Source: Entomortierella parvispora E1425
Taxonomy: Eukaryota; Fungi; Mortierellomycota
Assembly: GCA_020891255.1 (NCBI GenBank)
Contig: BQFW01000011.1
Location: 1,860,001 to 1,924,000 of the forward strand
Direction: 5' to 3'
DNA: 64,000 nucleotides
Shown here: positions 52,395 through 63,632 of the stretch, in pieces
How positions within the stretch are numbered: position 1 is the first letter of the stretch
Layout: each line of letters opens with the position of its first letter
Notes under the pieces: generated by a model
Databases searched by the model: none
Seen by the model: only the letters and a program-made list of their open reading frames with translations
Told to the model about the DNA's origin: nothing
Position numbers and translations under genes: made by a program

Positions 52395-54185
52395 TTACAT
52401 GTCTTCAGCAGCGCCATCGGGAGCAGTAGCGGAAGGGTTCCAGTGCATGGTGGATGCCACCGCGTATGGATGGAGAGCTTCCTGCGTCAGGGGAAGAGTC
52501 TGGACCTTTTGCTGTTGTTGCTGCTGCTGCTGAAGTTTCTGACGAAGCTGATATTGTTCTTGGACAGACATAGGAGTAGGGGTGGCGTTGTTGCTGTGAA
52601 GCCGTCCAGACTCGGAAGCAAAAGCGGCTCCTCCCATGCGGACCTCCTCCACTGCTGCAGGCAAAGACGACGCGAGAGGTGGTGCGCTCCAGACACTCTC
52701 GGCCGAGTCAAAAAGAGCCGCCTCGGCAAAGGCACCAGAGTCATGGGGGGAGCTCGACATCAACTCGCGATGCAAGTCCAGAGGTTGGTGCTGAGGTGAC
52801 GCAAGTCGATTGTGAAGTTGAGGATGTTGCAGGTGCTTGTGCTGAAGCTGCTGCTGTTGCTGTAAACGTTGATGCTCCAAGAAATCTTCGTCGTCGTCCT
52901 CATCGTCCTCATCATCGTCAAATGTGTTTCTTCTCATGCGACCCTGGTTTAGATCATGGAAGGTTGCGGTATCTCTTCTGGAACCGCTTTTGGTGCAAAA
53001 CTGTTGCTCAAACTGTTGCTGTTGGTAATGAGGTTGCTGTTGCTGAAACTGTTGATGTTGCTGTTGCTGCTGCTGAGCCAAAGTTGAGGGCAACATCTGG
53101 AGACTGACCGGTCTAGAGCTGGATCCGCCTCCACTTCCGCCGCCTCGGCTGTGATGTGACATCTCTGACTTTAGACTGTGGTTACTTGGCTTTCGAGCGA
53201 CCTCGCGACCATCCTTGGATTTGGCCTGGATCAACGGCTGGAAGTAATCAAAGATCAAGGTCGCTCCGCGCCGTTGAGCCCACCAGAGAAACAGGAGCTT
53301 GCCAAGGTTGTAGCCTGGGATCCAGTCCAACAAGAACGACGACCAAGTATCCACAACCTGAACAGTTCCATAGATACTCCAGTACGCCAGCCATTGTCGC
53401 GTGGCCATTTCCTTGCGCGTCTGCGAAAACAAGGCCCACTTGCGGCGCATCCGTTGCTTCATTCTTTCCTCAACTGTCAAGGACAGTATGGAGCCGCTAG
53501 TTGTTGTGAGGTTGTCTTCAGAGTAATTGGAATACTCGGAGGGTCGACCCCAGGAGGACACGGATCGTCGACTGTCGTAATCCTCCTGACTGCTGCTATA
53601 AGAGTTACCACTTTGCATCAAATCGTCTGTGCTCTGGTGGTTGCTCATCCGGTTCAGGTGACGCGACGATCGTCGATGGCGACTCTGGCTCCTGCTTCGC
53701 CTGCCGCCCACATCAAAGTCCCCGTAGACGCTGCTGCTCCGACGGCGACGATGGTGCAAGGGTCCATACTCTGTCGGTTCCAAACCCAGCTCTCTGGGCG
53801 GAGCGATCGGCTCGCTGTTGATAGTCTTGATGGAGCAGTAGGCTGGATAGGCCACGGCACAGAGATTAGTGGTAAGATAGACGCTCCTTCGGTAGAGCTG
53901 TCGGCAGCCGTAGAGAGTCAGGAAACAGAGGAATGAAAAGACATGCTGGGGTTTGAGACCAATACGAAAGAGAATGGCCCTGAAGAAGAAGTTTTGGGAG
54001 AGAAGGCTCTCGAGCTGTTCTATCCGCGAAAGATGATGGCGACGAATGTAGAAGGTGATGGAGGACAGATTCAGCGGAACGGTAGCCTCGACCCGGTCCA
54101 GGGTGCGGTCCAGCAGAGCCGTGAAGGGCAGCGGCGGGTCCGTCTGCGTGGACGAGTCCACCTTGGCACGGGGGAAGGATGCCAT
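52395..54185 (-). CDS. TB2/DP1/HVA22 (REEP/Yop1) domain protein with a large insertion and a polyQ tail, intronless
   Basis: AVAYPAYCSIKTI ... RQWLAYWSIYG..VVDTWSSFLLDWIPGYNLGKLLFLWW..GATLIFD. Confidence 0.85.
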   Translation of the reverse strand: MASFPRAKVDSSTQTDPPLPFTALLDRTLDRVEATVPLNLSSITFYIRRHHLSRIEQLESLLSQNFFFRAILFRIGLKPQHVFSFLCFLTLYGCRQLYRRSVYLTTNLCAVAYPAYCSIKTINSEPIAPPRELGLEPTEYGPLHHRRRRSSSVYGDFDVGGRRSRSQSRHRRSSRHLNRMSNHQSTDDLMQSGNSYSSSQEDYDSRRSVSSWGRPSEYSNYSEDNLTTTSGSILSLTVEERMKQRMRRKWALFSQTRKEMATRQWLAYWSIYGTVQVVDTWSSFLLDWIPGYNLGKLLFLWWAQRRGATLIFDYFQPLIQAKSKDGREVARKPSNHSLKSEMSHHSRGGGSGGGSSSRPVSLQMLPSTLAQQQQQQHQQFQQQQPHYQQQQFEQQFCTKSGSRRDTATFHDLNQGRMRRNTFDDDEDDEDDDEDFLEHQRLQQQQQLQHKHLQHPQLHNRLASPQHQPLDLHRELMSSSPHDSGAFAEAALFDSAESVWSAPPLASSLPAAVEEVRMGGAAFASESGRLHSNNATPTPMSVQEQYQLRQKLQQQQQQQQKVQTLPLTQEALHPYAVASTMHWNPSATAPDGAAEDM

Positions 54186-54738
54186 TCAACGGTGGAGAGG
54201 GGGGGGAAGATGATTGAGGTTGCAGGAACAAGGATGCACGCGTCAAGGAGGAGAGGGAGAGGAGAGGGAGAGGAGAGGGAGAGGAGCGGGAGGAAGAAGA
54301 AGAGGGGAGGAGAGGAAGGAAGAAAGGACAGCAGAGAAAAGAATCCTTGACTAATCGCCTTTACCAGCTTTCGCCTGAAGAAGAACACAGGGAGGGGAAG
54401 AGGACAGGGCAAATTCGCTGAATGAATCCCATGCGAATCCACGTCAAGAAGCCAAGACAAGAACACTCTTTGGACATGTGAAATGAGCCCGCGTCGGGTG
54501 AGGAGAGGGTGAGGACAGCCAGTCAGGATTGTTCCGGAGGTGGGACTAAAATAAGCCGGATAAAAATACTGCGAATAAATCAGTCATGTGATGTGTGACT
54601 GCCTCCCCTGCGGTAAACACTGCCGAAAAAAAGAAAAAAAAAGAAAAAGAGGCTGGCATCCACACCAAGTCCATCACAGACGATCCCCTTCCTCATCACA
54701 TCCCTCCATCCTTCCATCCCTCATCCATATATACCGCC

Positions 54739-55929
54739 ATGTTGCGCACCATCACCCCCCGTAATGCCCGTGTGAAGCGTGTCCTCAAGAACAGAGAGGC
54801 CAAGACCGAGGAGAACGTCAAGACTGCCATCTTTATTCGTGGAAGTCAGACCAGCCAGGTCGTCAACGATGCCCTCGCCGACCTTGTATGTTCAATGGCA
54901 TTTCAATGTCTTTGCATTTCCTTTCGTTCATTCTGATGGTCTATTTCAGTAGACTCTTGGGTCTTATTCTGGGACCGAAGTTGGAAACTATTGCTAACCA
55001 TGTCTCCACTATTTGATTCTTCGATAACTGAAAATAGTACATGCTCAAGAAGCCATATGCCGTCAACTTCACAAAGAAGAACCAGATCCACCCCTTCGAA
55101 GATCAGTCCAACCTCCAGTTTTTCTCACAAAAGAACGATGCCTCGCTCTTTGTCATTGGAACTCACTCCAAGAAGCGCCCCAACACCCTCACTTTTGCCC
55201 GTATGTTTGATCATCAGCTCTTGGACATGATGGAGGTTTCGATCGAGCACGGTGTTCCCATGAGGGACTTCAAGGTACAATCACCTTCTAGGATACTACT
55301 CACAAGAATGCTGGTCATGCGTAATTCATGGCTTTTGATAACTAATATCTGTTCCTGGAAAAAAAAAATAGACTCCCAAGAGCGCCATTGGAATGCGCCC
55401 CTGCTTCATGTTCAACGGAGACATGTGGGATCAGAACACCAACTACATCATGCTCAAGAGCATGTTGCTGGATTTTTACCACGGTCAGACTGTTGACAAG
55501 GTCGCCTTGGCTGGATTGGAGTATGTGATTTCAGTTACTGCAGGACCTATGACCTCGGAAGGAAAGCCAGGAAAGGTCTACTTGCGCACATACACGATCG
55601 TCTTGAAGCGATCCGGTGTCAAGTTGCCCCGCATTGAATTGGTCGAGATGGGACCTAGCATGGACATGACTTTTGGACGTATCACAGAGGCCAAGCCCGA
55701 TGTGTGGAAGCAGTCTCTCAGGGTACCCAAGGAGCTCAAGCCCAAGAAGAAGAAGAACATTACCAAGGACGACATGAACAACACTGTGGGCCGCATCCAC
55801 TTGGGCAAGCAGGACTTCGACAAGATCCAGACCCGCAAGATGAAGGGATTGAAGAAGCGCTCGGCAGAGGACGAGGATTCGGCCAAGGAGAAGAAGCAGC
55901 GCATGGATGCAAGCGACGACGAGGAGTAA
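54739..55929 (+). CDS. RPF2: Ribosome biogenesis Brix-domain protein Rpf2, multi-exon
   Basis: PRNARVKRVLKNREAK, HPFED, FFSQKNDASLFV, HSKKRPNTL, PRIELVEMGPSMD, GRIHLGKQD..QTRKMKGLK. Confidence 0.96.
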
Positions 55930-56190
55930 AAAAGACCCTGTTTGCTCGAATCCCTTCGTTTGTTACATTACTTTCTTTGCATCCTCCCCTTCTTTCTAGT
56001 TACCTCGTTCATGACAGATTTTACCATTCACTTTTGCATATAAAATAACGACTACCCCGCACCGAGCTATTCTCACTGTAGAATGCATGATTTGTATGAG
56101 CATAGAGTGCAAAACCCGGCGATCTTTGGCCCATTTCGTGCCTGTGCCCAACGGACTTTGCGTTCACCGCTGTGATTTGATCGATCGACG

Positions 56191-56744
56191 TAGTCTCGTC
56201 ACCATCCCCTCCGCCGGTTCACAGGAGAGTCACAAGTGCTGACGCACCTGCCTTTTTAGGCAGCTCTCACTGAAAACCTCTAGAGGGGCTGGTCGGCAAG
56301 TAAGGTTTCCACTATGACCCTGCAGAGCTCTGTCAAAAAAATAACGGCAAAGTCGAAAAACAGCTCAGTTTTGCTCATCCTCCCTTCATCATTCACCTCA
56401 TCTCGCACCATTAATCTATGGTCGCCTTGCCATTCCACTCCCATTCCCCTCCCATTCCCCTGTTTCCATCGCAATCTTCCACTCTCAGTGCGTTCTCGCT
56501 CTCTTGACGACCTTCATACAAAGCGCCTCCGCCGTTCCCCGTCTCTCAGGTTATTTGTTTTCGCTGAGAAAAGTGCTCCAGGTACGCCTTCATGGACACG
56601 AATATATGAACTAGCACGCTCTGGCCATGGAAACTAACAGCTATTCCCTCTTCTACACCAAAAGCCCAGTCCTCAATTGATCCCCCCCGCTCTTCAATTG
56701 ATCCCTCCGTCCTCATATCCCGTCCAATTGGTATCACGCTAGTA
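56191..56744 (+). repeat. Left terminal inverted repeat (554 bp)
   Basis: Reverse complement of 61887-62440. No mismatch seen in the stretches compared, and the spurious ORFs in the two copies translate identically. Confidence 0.95.
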
Positions 56745-58360
56745 TGCCTCCTTTGTCTGATACTGATCGCGTCATAAGTGTCTGCGAAGACAAACTCGGC
56801 GTCATCCCCAAGCCCGAGCAATTGGACGTTCTCCGATCCATTATTGATCGGAGAGATTGCGTCTTAATTGCCCCCACAGGTTGGGGAAAAACTCTGGCCT
56901 TCACTCTTCCACTATTTCTGTGGAGTGACGCTGCCATCCTTGTAATAACACCTCTTAAGGCTCTTGGCATCGAACAAAGAGACAAGCTCAAGAATCTCAA
57001 CATCGAATGTGTCAGTATCACGGAGGATGATAAGGATATCAACGCCTCCAAAGTCCTCCAAGGTGGATATCGGGCAATTTTTCTATCTCCAGAGATGCTT
57101 CTTGAATCCAAACGATTAAAGGGTCTTTGGGAAAACAGCAAATGGGCTGAAAGCATACGCGCTGTTGTTGTTGATGAAGCCCATTGCATCCACGCCTGGG
57201 GATCGTCATTTCGCCACGCTTTTGGGGAGCTTGCTAAGTTGCGCTACAGGCTAAACAATCGAGCACCTTTCATAGCTGCCTCGGCTACACTTCCCAGATC
57301 AATTTTGAAGACTACAATACTATCACTGGACATGATGAACCCGACTATCATCAACATCGGTAACGATCGACCCAATATCATGTACAAGGTCACTTCATTT
57401 AAGGAGGCCGTATCATCATTTAAAGATCTCCTTTTCTTGAAGGACAAGGCCAAGACCATCGTTTATTTCGACAACCGGGATTTAGCAGAGCAAGCTGGAC
57501 ACCTTCTACGCACTTGGTTCGGCCAAGAACAAGTTCGGGTGTATCATGGTTTCAAAACCGATGATCTCAAGAATCGTCGCATGAAGGAGTTCCGTGAAGG
57601 CAAATATCCTATTTTGCTAGCAACGGAAGCCGCAGGTATGGGATGTGACATTAGGGATATCGCTCGTGTTGTCCAGTATGGCTACCCTCGGGATATAAAT
57701 TGTCTTTTTCAGCGATTTGGACGAGCTGCAAGGGACGGCACAATCCAAGGATACGGTATATTTTTGGTCCCAAAATCGGCACCAAAAGTTACCCCCAAAA
57801 AAAAAGATCCCGTTCAGCAAGATCTTAAAGACCTTATTGACCTAGCGAACTCTCCTGGATGTATCCGAAAGTATTTTAACGATTACTACGGGAACGAGCA
57901 CGTCCCAGTTACGGACGTGTGCTGCAATATCTGCAATCCGGATGAAGCTGATGACAAGGACGAGTCGTCAACAATTCAGCCAGCAGACAAGGCATCGAAA
58001 CGAGAGAAATGGGATAAGAATGAGGCGGAACAAGTCCGGAATGCGCTGATAGTATGGAGGGATAATATGTATGACTTGCACTTTAAGGGCCGCATGCACG
58101 ACACAGAACAAACGGTCATGACCGACTACATGTTAAACAAGACCGTCAAGAAGTACAAGAGTATAATTGCTGCCAGATCAATCGACATGCTATACTGGGA
58201 CCCACTGAATGAAACATATCCAAGCCAGGTGCTAGAGATCATCATGGGTTTGGGCAAGCAATTCTTGGAGGAGAAGGACGAGAAGGAAAAAAAAATCGCC
58301 AAGAAAAGGAGCGACGGCGGCAATTTGGAATGGCCCCATCTTTTCAAATTCCTCCTTTGA
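56744..58360 (+). CDS. Transposon-encoded RecQ-like SF2 helicase; probably extends to 58776 via a frameshift
   Basis: APTGWGKT, VVVDEAHCI, ASATL, LATEAAGMGCD, QRFGRAARDG, and the Zn-binding C..CCNIC module. Confidence 0.92.
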   Translation: MPPLSDTDRVISVCEDKLGVIPKPEQLDVLRSIIDRRDCVLIAPTGWGKTLAFTLPLFLWSDAAILVITPLKALGIEQRDKLKNLNIECVSITEDDKDINASKVLQGGYRAIFLSPEMLLESKRLKGLWENSKWAESIRAVVVDEAHCIHAWGSSFRHAFGELAKLRYRLNNRAPFIAASATLPRSILKTTILSLDMMNPTIINIGNDRPNIMYKVTSFKEAVSSFKDLLFLKDKAKTIVYFDNRDLAEQAGHLLRTWFGQEQVRVYHGFKTDDLKNRRMKEFREGKYPILLATEAAGMGCDIRDIARVVQYGYPRDINCLFQRFGRAARDGTIQGYGIFLVPKSAPKVTPKKKDPVQQDLKDLIDLANSPGCIRKYFNDYYGNEHVPVTDVCCNICNPDEADDKDESSTIQPADKASKREKWDKNEAEQVRNALIVWRDNMYDLHFKGRMHDTEQTVMTDYMLNKTVKKYKSIIAARSIDMLYWDPLNETYPSQVLEIIMGLGKQFLEEKDEKEKKIAKKRSDGGNLEWPHLFKFLL

Positions 58361-59357
58361 TCAGTGCCACAACGGATCAGCAGGAAATGCAAGTCGTTTC
58401 CACAGCCAGTCGCGACCAGCAACAGTCAGACCAACTAATAAGTGAAGATGAAATGGAGATTCATTCGCTGCAGGACGGCTATGGCCAGCGGCAGATTGAT
58501 CAAAACCTTCCACCGCAACAAGTCAAGGAAAGCAAAAATCTCACGCAATTGCTGCTTAAACCCCCGAAAACACCTCCAAAAAAAACGAAGGCGATACGAA
58601 AAAAGGGAGGAACAGCAACAGAGAACAACCCTTCGTCTAAACAAAAGGAACTCAAGGTAATCCAATATTTTCTTCCGCCATCACCACAGAGAAGCAATCA
58701 AGTTCAAGACAATACTTCCACGCCTCCTACAATATCAATTATTCAACATTTCGGCCCCTCTGCTCTGAAGCGGTGACAACTATAACAGCACTTCAAATAG
58801 AAATAAAAAAACCTCGCTCATGAAAGTCGAGGAGGTGGAGGTATACTACCGGCAGCCTGCACAAACGTTGCAGTTGGGCAAGGGGACTGGGACTGGGCGA
58901 AAAAGAGAACCGGTGCACTGCGTCTCTCAAAAGAAAAAAAGCCAGTGCGCCGAACTGGTTCACTGCTCTCACTCAATTTTTTTTCTTCATTTTTTCCCTG
59001 GACCAATTTATTGAGGCTGAGAAGGGTCGAAACAAGAAAACAGAGACCTCAAAGAGTAGTATGAGAAAACAATGTCACCAACACCAGTGACATCCCTTGG
59101 AGGATTGGAAGCAAAAGAGAGGAGAGGGATCTGTATTTCAGCTCAGGCTGCGTACGATCAAAGCAATGGACCGAGAAAAATTTCCGGAAAAAAAAAATCA
59201 CTAGAACCACGGTTCCAAAAATGTGCGCCGACCTCGAAAAAAAATGAGAACCGAAGTACACCACAGAGTGGTCCCAATCCAATGGACAGATACTTGTCGG
59301 CAGGGGCGCCGTGTGGCTCTGCGGTTAGATGTACATTGCAGGGAGGTGCTGCTTTAT

Positions 59358-61785
59358 TTAACAAAAGTTATTTTCAACGAACTCGTCCAGGTCGAATTGT
59401 GAGATGTCGAATTCAGGAAACTCTAGTGCTTCATCATCAGCAATTGTAGGGCGTTCCTCGTCCATCTCAGCATCTTCCTCCTCCTCCTCCATCTCGACAT
59501 CCATCTCACCAGCGTCTTCATTACAATAGCGACCACAGCATTTCTTGAAAACAGCAATTCGACGCTTATCTACAATATTATTGCGTCCCTCTGCCAAAAG
59601 ATCTCTCACAGCAGGAACCACAAGATCAGGAGATATATCGTCATGCGTGAAAAAGCCAGCCTCGATGCACCGCTGCTTAATTATATCGATGTCCGCCACA
59701 GAGGATGGAGCTGAGTGGTTGGTTCCACAATGAGGCGTTTTGAACATTTTCTCGACCGTCCTCGCAATCTCCTGGAACGTGCGAACGTTTGGCGCAATTT
59801 TTTTCTCTAAAATACCCCAGTTCAGATTGCTGGACTTTTGCCGCGTGTCTGATTTTTGTAAGAAGATTGTTGTGCTCTTGATAAAGGTCGGTGGGTATCC
59901 ATCTGTTTGGTTGTCCAGTAGTATTAACTAGCATCGAGGATAATATGGTATTCCTATCCTCTGTCTTCCAAGAATAAAAGAGGCCACAGTGAAGTCGTAG
60001 AAGCTCATTTGCGTAGTTTCTATTGCCTCCAGCTTGAAAGGTCAAGGTAAGCCATCGGATCATCTCCAGAATTCGCCCTATATCCCCTGCTTTGATCGCT
60101 GATCCCAGCTCAATGTAGAACAGCATGTCCCGAATGAACAACGCGGCGTTGACTGACTGCTGATTTGCCATGCCACCAAGGCCTGTTGCTGTCAAATATT
60201 GGCCGATGATACCGTCAACCTTATCCATGACATCCATTGATGAGTGAGGCATCTGTCCGGAGGACTTGCTGGACAATTCCTCTTCACTCTTGAGCTTGAT
60301 TTCCCAAATGAGCAAGACTATGGCATCAAAAACATGGCGAAGAAATTCATCAAGATCATGGAAACTAGACTTGTCTGGGCTGATCCGCTTTTTTTCCAAG
60401 GCCGCGACGAAGGAGCTGAGCGATCCAGGTGTTGTTCGAGTGCCCCAGTGCGTCTTCAAAATTGTTGATGCCAGAACCATCTGAAGATGAAAAAGTTGAA
60501 GGACAGGGATTGCCCATTCCACACGGTAGTACGCCAAGTCCTCATCCCATCGTAATCTTGCTACACTTCGTATTCTGGCCAAGGTGAGTTGATCTCCTGC
60601 AACAACAAGACGCGTCTGATCAAAGAAAGTCTCTGGCGAAAGCTGAAGCACCTTCATGATCTTGTCAAGAATATCCCTGTTGCCTTCCACGGTTGACTGG
60701 TCAATGTGCATGGATGGAAGTGGGTAAGCTTTGGTTCTCTCCACTTTGAGTTTGTTCTTGACTGGCTCAGGAATAGGGTTTTTGAGAGATATGGTTCCTC
60801 GTCTTCGCAGCGCCTCAATCAGATGATAACGGTATGTTTCCTTCAAATGACTGTCCTGTTCTTTGGAGGGGTACAAATCGGAGGCACGTATATGCCTCGT
60901 GGCATCTTGCACCCCTTCAACAGCAGGCATCTCAGAAGTGAGAATTGCCGTCGCTGTGGCACCATTTTCGAATGAATCTTTGTTTGTCGTTCTCTGATTG
61001 TAGCGCCGAAATGCCATGTTGATGTTATCGTACACAATCATGAACGGTTGTTTCCTGTCCTTCAAAATTGACTGGATTTTTTCTAAATGTGCCGTGGTCA
61101 GATGATCCAAGCCCTCCATAATCCAGTCAAAGCTATTGCTGAGTCCAGCTCTTTGGAGAACACTGACCAACGACTTTGTAGCACCCTGGCTATAAAAGTA
61201 GAGACTGAAGATACCTTGGAGGAAATTTGCCCGTCTATTCCACGTCCTGAGGACGACACTGGCGACTACAGGGACGGCGGGGATTTCTGGTTCGAAAGGT
61301 GAAAGCCTCTTGTCGTTTATGAGACCACGCAGCAAGGCTAGGGATATGGGGGCATGCCCCTCCATTTCTCGCAGGATATTTTCGAGGCGGAACTGTTCCA
61401 GAGCTTCCCCGGTTACTGCAGTGGCAGGGAGCCCAATATTCATGGTATGGCTGGCTCGTTCGATTTCTGGCCGTGCGAACTTCAGCACGAAATCCATGGC
61501 AGAAGTCAATAGAGTTTTAGAATGGTCCTTCTTGATGCTGTCCTTCCAGATATCGAAGCAACGGGCGGGGCATCCATGTGCGAGGAAGTGATCAACTTTT
61601 CTTTTCACCACAATGTCATCTGAATTGAGACAGGCTTCAATGAACGAACCAAACGAAAGCCCGCAATCTCTGATATACTCTAGAATAGCAACGAGATTTT
61701 TGCCTTGGTCCTCAGAGACAGGCCTCTCCTTTGGTTGTTTGACCCACTGGCTTCGGGGAATGCGACGATGAAGAGATGTGACCAT
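59358..61785 (-). CDS. Academ transposase (DUF6589-like) with an apparent frameshift near 59835
   Basis: IVYDNINM, HIDQSTVEG, VAGDQLT, LFHLQM, IPTDLYQEHNN. The C-terminal part (SSNLNWGILEKKIAPNVRTF...GTNHSAP) continues in another frame to 59358. Confidence 0.85.
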
Positions 61786-61886
61786 ATTTTTTTTCGTGGG
61801 GGGGGGGGCTGTCAACAGGACGGGAGAACTGATATCGGCCGTTAGAACAATGATTTTTTCATCAAACGCGAAAAAATCGCGAACTT

Positions 61887-62440
61887 TACTAGCGTGATAC
61901 CAATTGGACGGGATATGAGGACGGAGGGATCAATTGAAGAGCGGGGGGGATCAATTGAGGACTGGGCTTTTGGTGTAGAAGAGGGAATAGCTGTTAGTTT
62001 CCATGGCCAGAGCGTGCTAGTTCATATATTCGTGTCCATGAAGGCGTACCTGGAGCACTTTTCTCAGCGAAAACAAATAACCTGAGAGACGGGGAACGGC
62101 GGAGGCGCTTTGTATGAAGGTCGTCAAGAGAGCGAGAACGCACTGAGAGTGGAAGATTGCGATGGAAACAGGGGAATGGGAGGGGAATGGGAGTGGAATG
62201 GCAAGGCGACCATAGATTAATGGTGCGAGATGAGGTGAATGATGAAGGGAGGATGAGCAAAACTGAGCTGTTTTTCGACTTTGCCGTTATTTTTTTGACA
62301 GAGCTCTGCAGGGTCATAGTGGAAACCTTACTTGCCGACCAGCCCCTCTAGAGGTTTTCAGTGAGAGCTGCCTAAAAAGGCAGGTGCGTCAGCACTTGTG
62401 ACTCTCCTGTGAACCGGCGGAGGGGATGGTGACGAGACTA
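61887..62440 (-). repeat. Right terminal inverted repeat (554 bp)
   Basis: Reverse complement of 56191-56744. Confidence 0.95.
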
Positions 62441-62588
62441 CGATCGACGGCCGTTTTTGGGTTTCTGCGCTTTGGTCACCCACGACCGGCTCGGGGTCTT
62501 TCTTGCCCTGTACTGCCACCCTCCAGCTTGATTCCGTTTTTCTTTGTCTCTTCATTCCCTCATTCCCTCCATCTACCTTCACCGTACC

Positions 62589-63632
62589 ATGTCCCTTGCA
62601 ATCTCAAAAAAGGGCTCTACCCCTCCAGGACCCTACAAAGCTGTGTTCTTTGACATTGGTGGAGTCGTCGTCGGTTCGCCATTCCAAGGCATTGCTGAGT
62701 TTGAGCGTGAACACAACCTGCCGCCCAACTACTTGAACGTCGCCATGTAAGACGAATCCTAGGCGACTCTTTCTTCCAAAGGCAACAATGATTATAGATG
62801 CGCGTGCCTTCTAACCTAACAGGTCTTTCCACACCTAGTTCACGATCTGGACCAAAAGGTGCCTTCCAAAGGTTGGAGCGTGGAGAGATTGATCTGTGGG
62901 AGTTTTACGGTGCTTTCTCCGAACAGTTGTCAAACCCTTTGAACGTCTCGGCCTACTCGAAATACGCCGAAATGAGAGGGAAAAGTAAGACAATGTTGCG
63001 CTGAAAGCCTCTGCATTGACTGTATTTTGTTTCCGCTTCCTAATACTGGTTTGTATTGCCCTGAAGCAGCCTTTGATCGGGCTTCGTTCAAAGCACCAAA
63101 GGTCGATGGTCGAGCGTTATTCCACCAGATGATGGGAAAAGCCGCGATTGTGAACCAAAGCATGGTCCAAGCCATCGCACTGCTGGCAGATGCCGGATAC
63201 ACGGTGGTAGCGTTGACAAATAACTTCCACTATCCCTCAGACGAACGCGGAAGACAGGAGCAGGAACTGATCCTGCAGGTTACCGCCAAAACTTTGGCCG
63301 CCTCTTCCGACCCGCAATCGCCAGCTTCTTCATCTGGACCATTGGTCATGGGACAAGATCAACTGAAGACCATCTTCCATCATTTTCTCGAGTCTGCGAT
63401 TATGGGATTACGGAAACCGGACCCAGCTATCTACAAGAAGGCATGTGAAGTTGTTGGAGTAGAGCCTTCACAAGTTGTGTTTTTGGACGACATTGGAGCC
63501 AATTTAAAGTCGGCTCAGGACGTTGGCTACAAGACCATCCGAGTTGAATTGGGAAAGCCAGAGAAGGCTATCAAAGAATTAGAGCAGATTCTAGGAAACG
63601 GAATCAAGTTGACCCCTGCACCCAAGTTATAG
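62589..63632 (+). CDS. HAD-superfamily hydrolase (ACAD10 / soluble epoxide hydrolase N-terminal-like), multi-exon
   Basis: KAVFFDIGGVVVGSP, ALTNNF, ESAIMGLRKPDPAIY, VFLDDIGANLKSA. Confidence 0.92.

Larger units (their letters stand above)
56191..62440. mobile_element. AcademH-type DNA transposon (helicase-encoding Academ), 6,250 bp
   Basis: Termini TAGTCTC...GAGACTA; 554-bp TIRs; exact 9-bp TSD CGATCGACG at 56182-56190 and 62441-62449. Encodes a RecQ-like helicase and a YDNIN/GDQLT/EHNN transposase. This matches the published AcademH definition (9-10 bp TSD, RecQ helicase). Confidence 0.9.

Noticed and set aside
56280-56821. Small ORFs duplicated in both TIRs (for example 56314-56637 and 61994-62317)
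   Set aside because: They are duplicated only because the TIRs are; there are no protein-like features.
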